NCBI GenBank assembly: GCA_000934665.2
Contig: JYFJ02001407.1
Coordinates: forward strand, 61,297-81,296
DNA from: Catajapyx aquilonaris
Lineage: Eukaryota
DNA: 20,000 nt
Reading direction: 5' to 3'
Below the pieces are notes generated by a model. That model saw nothing but the letters and a program-made list of their open reading frames with translations. It was not told the origin of the DNA and did no database searches. The stretch's first letter is position 1. Each line of letters begins with the position of its first letter. The position numbers and the translations under genes are program-made. Below are positions 11,645 through 20,000 of this stretch, in pieces.

Positions 11645-11651
11645 TTTTATA
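11645..11651 (-). promoter_or_regulatory. Candidate TATA box of an intronic promoter
   Basis: Consensus TATAAAA lies about 130 nt upstream of the candidate ATG, at the edge of the GC/CpG-richer block 10560-11650. Confidence 0.35.
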
Positions 11652-13229
11652 GTCTTCCTCGTACTGACATATTTTTGTCTGCATTCATTTTCGGAGGCAC
11701 GTGGCATGACTAAGTAATTATGTAAAGAGAGAAAACTATCACATGTGTATGTGGCCTTGGTTGTAGCTTTTAATGAGCTACTTATCTGGATTTTCTCGGG
11801 TAAACCATTTAAAACCTTTAGCCGAATACCGATTCAATATTGCATGGGGACTTGAGCAATGCCCCACCCAGTATAAAAGTTTTCTAAGGGAATTTTCATA
11901 ATTTCTACGAAACAAGTGGGGAATTGTCGTGAACGTAGAGGTGACATTTTCAATTTCAACAGATCGATTATTATCTGCTGTTGATTCCATTTTGCAGATA
12001 AGTACAGCAGGTGTTAACCAACCATATACACGCAGTATATGAAGATATACTCCACTCCTACAGTCCTCCATGTGATAAATATATTACTATGCAGTTGCCT
12101 GTTTTAAGGTGGGTCATCGACTCTCCCCCAGCTGTTAAAATAGGTCTTGGCCTTGGCAAAGACCATCTTTGGATATTGGATGGATTTAGCATGGATTTCA
12201 GCATTGTTATCCTCTGTGAAGTTACTTATGAAAGGCATTACAAATGCAACGTTTAGCAGTTAGTTCAGAAGCTTTCAGAAACAAATGGTCAATCTTTCAA
12301 AAGCAACTGGATATGAATTACATAGGCCTATACTGTTATGCGGCCTATACTATTGAGCAAATAACATATACCACGTTAGTTCGTTCCTAGTCCTATTAGT
12401 GACAAATAATTTCAGGCACGTTTATATGTTTCTACAAAAATAGTACTTTATCACCTGAACACGAATTCTCCCATCTTCTACTGTACGTATATGTATCCTA
12501 TACTTGTTTATTTCTCTTTGACTGGACCAACAAATTATTCAGTATTAATATATATGGCATCAGCAAATATTTGTTTGCTCATTTCTTAAGAAATGCCTTT
12601 GAGGAATGGATGTAGCAAGCAGAAGTAACTAATATATTTCCATATCTGAACCTATTTTTCCTCACCTATTTGCGGGTAGGCTGCTGCATATGCACATAAA
12701 ATCGCCCCTAAACTTTCACTCTTTTTTTTCCAAATGCAAGTTGCATAATTATTAGCTTCTGGATCCGGCTATACCCAGATAACGGCTCAAGTGTGAAAAA
12801 TGCTGTAGGATTATAAAATATCCCGAGTAATAATTCAGATTTTGAAATAATATTTTAAAATATTCAGTTATTCACACAAGTCTTCAGTTGTCCAACATGC
12901 GTACGAATCACCCAGTACTAGTATTGAAATTATAGCAGAATAATTGTATATGCCTGACTAAACTTCCGCCTATATTCAGGAAATCAGCCATGCATGCCAC
13001 TTAACCGAACCGTTTCCCTATGATGGCATAATACCACGCACTATTAGCTAAGCAATGAAATACTGTCGCCACCATTCTAATGCACCACATTGGAATATAA
13101 CTAACCAATAACGTAAGACATCCTGAACTAGGTGTCATTGACAGCAAAAGGTCTAGACTGCACGTGACAAACATACGACTCCTGCCCTTGAAAACACCGA
13201 CATTTGAATTTAATCAGCAATTACAAATT

Positions 13230-13960
13230 ACCTCATCATATGGGGTCAGCCCGTTTATCCTGGGCCACATGGCATCTCTCAACCGAAAAACACCTCACAC
13301 GTGAGAGACGTGACGTCAAAGGACGGCACCATCTGACATGACCAAAAAAAAACAACTCGAAAGACACTCGAGGCCAATTACAGACTGCTATTCCTTCGAG
13401 CCAGCAACTATTAGTGGTGAAGATGGTTTGGTGAAACGGAGGCAATTTTTTGAGTGCTAACTCCTCTCACCCTCATTAGAGAGGGCCAATTAGGAGACGA
13501 GACTTGAGGCATCGAGTAGCAAGCATGTGAGTCGCTTAGTTGGGAAAATATCGTCTTTCCCGCCTACTCCTTTTACAAGTCCTGTCATTCCCGTCGGATT
13601 TACGACAAGAGGCCTCCTCTGGTGCCAGACACAGGAAGAGGAGGGGGAAACTTTCTAGTGCATTTTGCAGGTGAATAAATCCTGCCAACACTATGGTATG
13701 TGTCTGACTTGCCTCGTACTCTTTTTTTTCTGACACCTTAAATTTTTGACTAATTTGCGGTCGCAAATAAAGCTGCGATTTGATGCCTCGTCAACATTTT
13801 GTGCTTCGCAATATTTTTATAGGACTTTGCCCCGGAAATGTGCGTAACTTATGTTGGATGCGGAGGCGGACACATACTAACTTTTTCCATCGCCTATTCG
13901 TTGTCCGTAATCTATCTGTTTACTAATTCTCTTGGGCTAATTGGATTATTACACGCGCTG
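13230..13960. promoter_or_regulatory. Second candidate intronic cis-regulatory block
   Basis: CACGTG at 13298, a full CRE TGACGTCA at 13311, CATCTG at 13330, CCAATTA at 13374, CCAATTAG at 13486 and CTAATTGG at 13937. Confidence 0.4.
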
Positions 13961-14045
13961 AATAGATTTATGATGGCAGCTTTATGTGTAAGTTATAATT
14001 ACGACGTACTGTGCTTTTTTTACACGAGCTATGGTTTTTTTTGAT

Positions 14046-14086
14046 TCACAATGCGGTTATTACTCACAATGCGGTTATTACTCACA
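14046..14086. repeat. 18-bp perfect tandem duplication
   Basis: TCACAATGCGGTTATTAC x2 followed by TCACA. Confidence 0.9.
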
Positions 14087-14589
14087 TGACTGGTATTTAC
14101 AGAGTGGAACTGCATAAACATACATTAATTTTGAGAGTTTTCCAGGAAAATTATTAGTTCCTGTTTGCCGCTTTTACTGATTTCTTTGGCCAACTATAAA
14201 TTCTTCAACATCTTTTAAAATTATACAAATAAGCACAGCCTATTTATTCAGTCAAAATGTTCATAATATCATCTCTGATTAGGTAGCCACTAAAGCCAAG
14301 TTATATTTACTAACTTATGTAATTACCGTCAATTTCCGGAGAATGTGGCTCAGTACCACTTACGACGACCTTTGTTACTTTTTTTGCCTAACTTCTTAGC
14401 CAGAATTAGTACTGATTAAGACACATACAGAGAAGGCACAATGCGCCGAATAAAACGTAAAATGAATTTAAAATGCACTCTCAGCTTCTCAAGAAATTTG
14501 AGAATGCACGTTATCTTCCAACTAAAGCTGAACCCATGAATTCCCACACGTGGAAATTCATAAGTTCAGTAACTGCGTCGCTGACTCAC

Positions 14590-15135
14590 CATTATCAAAT
14601 GACGGAGCTGATACGGGGTCTATTGCTGTAGTGGTCACTACCATATCGGATGTCTCCATGATGATAATAGATCTGGATGGAGACCCACTGGACCCCTGTT
14701 CGGGATTTGGTTGCATCATAGGTGCCTTCTGGGAAGACTGGAATTGTCCAGACGTCTGGTTGCCTGGAACAGCAAGCTGTTGTTCGATCACAGCTTGACC
14801 TTCCGGATAGGCTGGAGGTTGAGGACGGGCTTCTGGATAGGCTGGAACTTCCATAAAGGCTTGAGCTTCCGGACAGGCCTGAGCTTCCGGACGGACTTGA
14901 TCTTCTGGATAGACTTGAACTTCTGTATAGGGTGGAGGTTCTGGACGGGCTTGAGCTTCTGGACGGGCTTGAGCTTCTGGACGGGCCTGAGCTTCTGGAT
15001 AGACAATTTCCAAATAGGGTGGAGGATCCCGACGGGCTTCCTGGCGGGCCTGAGCTCCAGGCTGTGCAGCCAACAAGTTGGCGATGGTGAATGATGACGC
15101 TCGAGCTTGTATTAGTGGAGGTTCGGTCAAAGCAG
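14590..15135 (-). CDS. Abox: Homeobox gene, 5'-most identified coding exon (eh1 motif, PEAQAR repeats, PPxY motifs); 5' boundary uncertain
   Basis: ORF 14558..15130 contains SSFTIANLL (eh1-like, 15071-15091). A strong donor AATG|GTGAGT at 14590/14589 is phase 1 and matches the acceptor at 10523 (G|GT = Gly). There is no in-frame ATG before eh1; the candidate acceptor is ...ttattccctcgacacggTAG| at 15136/15135. Confidence 0.75.
14790..15060 (-). repeat. Coding minisatellite, 18-nt unit (+ strand TTCTGGACGGGCTTGAGC) encoding PEAQAR variants
   Basis: Near-identical tandem copies at about 14939-14998, with degenerate copies on both sides. Confidence 0.9.
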
Positions 15136-17477
15136 CTACCGTGTCGAGGGAATAAACAAGTTTTATTTTGATATTTGTTACAAAAAATATGCAAGCTGTG
15201 CCACCTAACCCTAACTATCGGTATTAATGTATGGCATCTCCTTTCCGTAGCATTCACCAATTCTATGTATTCGTGCATTGCTCTTACATTCCCATTCCAA
15301 GATAATGAGTACAAAAGCGACATCATCACCAGGCATGCAAATTCTGAAAATGCTGATATGCATTCCTGTTATTGTAGCTTAGCAACAAGATGCATGTTCC
15401 AATTCCATGCCATTGACCAAGGTGCTTTGTGAAACACGTCACCGGCATTATCTCTCCAAATGGCCATTTACACGAGGTCATAGGTTAAACTCTTAGGCCG
15501 GAAGAGATAACGCCAGTCCAGCGTCAAGTTTCATGAAATATTCCTACCTCTTCGCTGGATCCTTTTTTCCCATTGATGCCTATGAACACACATGTTTCCA
15601 CTTAGTGACATGAAAAACCGGACAACCTGACCTGATACGGTCAACTGCCACGGAAAAAAGACATATAATACTTGCCCCGCAGAGTGGATGCGAATTCTGG
15701 ATCCCTGATGTGGTACACCGATCGACGATTTGGCAAACTGCTGACCATGTAGGCAACTGTTACAGAAGAAGTACAGCACATGCTATTAGACAATGAATGT
15801 TAGGTGTGGGCAGGGACATGCAACCACATAGCTTCAATAAAATGGTAGGAATTTGCGTTCTCAGCTGCACACAGGTGCGTCGAAGATGTCAACCTGTCTG
15901 ATAAAGTAATTCGTCACTTTCTTTTGTCGCCTTGGAAGCGACTGTTCCGAAAGGGCAAGTTCCAGTCAAGGACAAGAAATTCAAAAAGGATGGGTGGAGG
16001 AGGGGGGGGGGGGAAAGAAGCAGGCGTCGAGTTTTCAAGTGATTTCCATACTGTTTAGCAATCGGTTTCATTAGTCTTGCTGTCAGCAATAGAAAGTCGC
16101 CTGAGTGAAGAAACACGCTGATGGAGGTAAGGCGACACTTTTCTGGACTGCACCATTTTGTTTGCCTCCTGATGAGTCAGTCGGTAGGTAATTTGCTTTG
16201 AGATAATTATGTGCACCGGGTGTTTCAGAACGACCATTCTGTACACTTTTCCAGATGCAGCTTGAATGCAGGGAGACTCCATTTTGTAACGATCTATCAG
16301 GACATATCTTACAGAAGTTATGTGCAAATGCCTAAATCTTTCAAGTTATATTTTGTTACAAAAGGTCAATAGTTCGACATAAACCTGCAATTCCATTGTC
16401 TGGTGTCCTGTGTGAATTTTGATACATTTATAAGCATCCCCTTGGGTCGTCGAACTGGGAAGGTATTGCTTTTAGGGTCGTGAACCACTGTCTTGGGATG
16501 TAGTAACCATTCTTCTTCGGACTTCTTAGCCATGAAACAGGTGAATAACCTTCAACCCAAGTTAAACATTGTCCCCTTTTTTCTATCTATTTGTATCGAA
16601 GACATCCTGTTTTTGTCTACTGCAGAGAGCATTGACGGTATGGCCTTGCCATTGTCTTTACGTGACATGCCGACAAGACAAAATAAAAAAGCGATGGCAC
16701 CTTGGACACCCAACATAATTATGCAGATAACTTTTACAAAAAGAAATGGGATTGATGTAAAATAAACTACCAGTATTAACGTGCAGAAATATTATAAATA
16801 AATTTTCTTGCCAGGTGCAAACTGTCATATTTACAAAAGGAAAATTTCGAATTGTTTCCCTTTGTACAGTACAATTCAATCTGATATGTGAAACATCTAG
16901 AATTTTAATGCATCCGGTCTGCTCTTATCACGGTTCAAGTCATTATTAAAATTCCTAACTGAAAGATTTCAAAATAATCTCCCATCTGCACACGGTTTAT
17001 TTTCTCCTGTTGGCAACGTGCCCAAATACCATTGATATCTTAATTAGGTCTATTGTCGCAATTTGTCGCCTTTTTGTGTGGCAGGATTGGGGGGAAAGGG
17101 CTCTCTGTAGCTCCTATAGCTGTGATCCGTAATTGTGGTATAATGCAGTAGTGTATGTATGGTCATGCCTGTAAAATGGCACCTATAGGTATGTCACACT
17201 GATTTTAGAATTTGTGACCTCACTATATCTGTCACACAAAGTCATGTTGGGCTCGATATATACCCCCTCTCAAAAGTAGCTTACGTCAGTCTCGTTTTAT
17301 CCCTCCATAAAAACTGATTTTTATAACTGGTCACACCCTAAAACTTTTAGCAAATTTTTATAACTACTTATAATGAACGTGATGTCAGATTAGACAGACC
17401 CCCGCCCCCACCCATATCGGCGTCATGTACTTTATTTTTCTTCAAAACTGGTAAACTATAAGCCCTCCAATAATGTA

Positions 17478-17630
17478 CTATCGGGTTCAAATACTTTTGG
17501 CCACTTTATCCTGGTCTTGAAGCAACCCTTCGCACAGACCCCACGTTAAGGAGGTGTGGGTGTGTGTGTGTGTGAAGGGTTGCTTCATCAAGACGAGGAT
17601 AAAGTGGCCAAAAGTATTTGAACCCGATAG
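17478..17630. mobile_element. MITE with about 55-bp terminal inverted repeats and TA target duplication (Tc1/mariner-like)
   Basis: CTATCGGGTTCAAATACTTTTGGCCACTTTATCCT is perfectly inverted at both ends. Pairing extends further with one mismatch and a 3-nt indel. TA flanks at 17476-77 and 17631-32, with an internal (GT)n tract. Confidence 0.85.
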
Positions 17631-17998
17631 TACTTCTGGAACTTTCGTCCATAAGCTCGATCCCATCCTCTCCCCACTTCGAAACAATGGATTTGAATAT
17701 TCTTGACAAAGGACTGACACTCTTGACTCATATTGTTACATGAGTGCATCTCCGGACAACAGCCAAGGGAATCATGGATGCCACATGAAACGAACAATAT
17801 CCGTTACGAACATTCCACTCCCAGTTAATCAGAGTCTTGGGCTTCTCAAATGTAGCCTAAATAATTGATACTGAGGTATGCTGGACACCAATATGCAAGT
17901 GTTTTAGAAAGTGATGATAACATTCTTGAGAAAAAATAATGTCAATGATATCTTGTAACCAGGGGGTCACCATTTTACATTGATTGAATTTGAAAAAT

Positions 17999-18277
17999 GG
18001 GAGAGGGGTAGTTGTTAAAGCCGCAGCCTTCCACCTTTAAGGTCCCGAGTTCGATCCCCGGGTCGGACGGAGGACACTCATATGGAAAGAAATTCGATGG
18101 GTTCTCGCCTTGTTTGCGTGGTTTTTCTCGGGGTTCTCCCGTTTCCTCCCACTACCAAAAACCCACTATGCGATTGCCAGATAGCCTTAGTTGCTTTGGC
18201 ATAACCAACAAACAAAAATGGGAGGTTCCAAAAGTGCATTCTCGGGTGTCCGTCGCCTTACAGCTAATTAACTAAAC
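17999..18277 (+). mobile_element. tRNA-derived SINE with V-domain-like core (V-SINE type)
   Basis: Degenerate A box (GGTAGTTGTTAAAG) and B box GAGTTCGATCCC at 18047-18058. These are followed by GTTCTCGCCTTGTTTGCGTGGTTTTTCTCGGGGTTCTCCCGTTTCCTCCCAC at about 18101-18152, resembling the recalled V-SINE core, and a short CTAA-like tail. Ends are approximate. Confidence 0.8.
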
Positions 18278-19092
18278 TGTTTCTCTTAGAGATCAGAAAG
18301 ACGCAACCTAATATTACGAAGGCTCGAAAAATACAACGGCCTGTCACTACAGTGCTCATTGAAGAACAAATATGTTGCAGCAGGAAGGCCTCTGCGTACC
18401 TACCTAATGACATGTTTACGCGAAGAAGCAATTCCGAATAAAAATGGAGGTATCACGAGGGATCGTAATAAGGAGTATGTGTGGGTGTGTTGTGTCTTCA
18501 GGCCTGGAATAAGCCTGTGGCAATGACCAGATCATTAGTGATGACGCGCTTCATCTACATCCTATTCAAAGTCTATTCAAGTCTGAAAGCCCTGCATGTG
18601 ATTGGTGTGCCTTTGGCATATTTACGCTGACGCTTTTTGAATTTTTGCCTTTACTCGCCCGTTTTATTAAAACCTCTGCATCTCACAACTAAATATCCAT
18701 ATTTTCCTTCCGTATAATATGGACATGAAGTGAATGGCACGAAGTGTCACAGAAGGACAAAAAATATCCTTTCCAGAATGTTGATAGTCGTTTAACGCAA
18801 GGACACGTTCGTCCAAAACCTTAGTTGGCGTGTATTAGTCAGAAAGTGATGTGGTATGTGTCGCAGGATATCAACTCCCGATTTTCGCGGAAACGTGTGT
18901 TTATGCAACTGGAAGTTTGCGAAAATGTGCGTTCATGTAGCGATTTGTCTGGTTCCTAGATTTCCCACCGAGAAATTGCGCAATATTCTCGTAATTGCCT
19001 TTCATATAATCGGGCCTAATCTGGAGCAGGGCTACTCCATCAATGTTGGGAATCGGGCCGATTCCGAACCTAATCATAAAAATGCCACGCAC

Positions 19093-19094
19093 AT

Positions 19095-19148
<54 letters not shown>
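19093..19148. repeat. (ATTT)14 microsatellite
   Basis: Read directly from the sequence. Confidence 0.95.
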
Positions 19149-19150
<2 letters not shown>

Positions 19151-20000
19151 TTTAATTTTTTGATTATTCGTATTTGTCTTTCTTTGCCGTAACTTGTCCG
19201 GACTGCTCCCAAGCTTATGCAAGGAGTACAGAGGGGAGTTGAAACCAGACCTACGGCCTAATGGTCTACTCGCTGTCTAGTTACTAGAATTACACTCACA
19301 GTCAGTATAAAAGCCTGGAGTCACGTATCAACCTGGGCCACTCCAGCTTGACTTTGTGTCCATGAAAAGAATAGGCCCATAGTAACAAAGAAAATTATAA
19401 TGGAAACCATGTGACGCTTGATATAGACCAATATGGTTCCAGCATGAAAACAACACGCCGCAAAATGAATGCACTAGACCTATACTTTCGTTGTCCTACT
19501 TGTGCATTATTTTTGCTCATTACAATAATGGTTATTTTTATTTGCAGCAGATGCACAAAGGAAGGGCAAAGTCTTTGTCGCCTTACAATGAAGATGCGTT
19601 ATTAATGGCAATTCCGATAATATCCTTACAATTTCTTGGGGGCATTTTGGTAATGAATTATTGGTTTCATAACAGATTGGCATAAGCAGCCTACATTAAC
19701 TTTTTTTTGCTTTCTAAGTGAGTCTCACACTCTGGTTCTCACGCAAATTTTTGTAATTGCGTTACATGTGATGTTTCAGGAATGACCTATAACTTTAGTA
19801 CAATCGCTACGAATTCAGAGATTAATTCACGCCTATTTAGCTGTGTTTTCGCCTGGAGATTACGTTTGCCTGTAGTTTTTCTGTCATACAATATTTAACT
19901 ACCTGGATGCGGTCCGTTTTAACCTTTTATAGTTTTATGATAAGGTGGCGGCTGCTCATGGACGTACTTTTTGGACGGTGGGAGGGGGGGGGGGGGGGGG

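Noticed and set aside
14482..14535. Plus-strand peptide QLLKKFENARYLPTK, faintly like homeodomain helix 1 and loop
   Set aside because: Too short, with no N-terminal arm or helix 3 nearby; likely chance.
14595..15329. 244-aa Ser/Arg-rich minus-strand ORF and other ORFs overlapping the minisatellite (14711..15094, 14788..15006, 14550..14798)
   Set aside because: They are alternative-frame or antisense shadows of a stop-free 18-nt repeat. Only the eh1 frame splices in phase to the homeobox.
1..20000. CRISPR array, operon or other prokaryotic/phage system
   Set aside because: No repeat-spacer array, low coding density, and spliceosomal introns and SINEs indicate animal nuclear DNA.

Overview
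AT-rich, intron-containing animal DNA, most likely from a non-vertebrate, non-tunicate bilaterian. The window is dominated by one minus-strand ANTP-class (NK-like) homeobox gene. It can be assembled across canonical GT-AG junctions as 15135-14590, 10523-10342, 9417-9281 and 9219-8601, giving at least about 494 aa, with the start codon unresolved. The protein has an N-terminal eh1 motif (FTIANLL), an 18-nt coding minisatellite with three PPxY motifs, a Q50 homeodomain split at codon 44/45, a post-homeodomain block (YTNDLEMMVQHYY...RPIFLGDRMWLF) and a Pro/Gln-rich tail. From recall it best fits the Abox family (Drosophila CG34031-like). Its 4-kb intron holds five copies of CCAATTAG and a TATA box plus ATG mini-exon in the right phase to give an isoform lacking eh1. 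The rest is non-coding, with several MITE-like inverted-repeat elements, a V-domain tRNA-derived SINE, a tRNA-like relic, a 60-bp palindrome and microsatellites. I see no prokaryotic system or CRISPR array. All family assignments come from motif recognition, not database searches.
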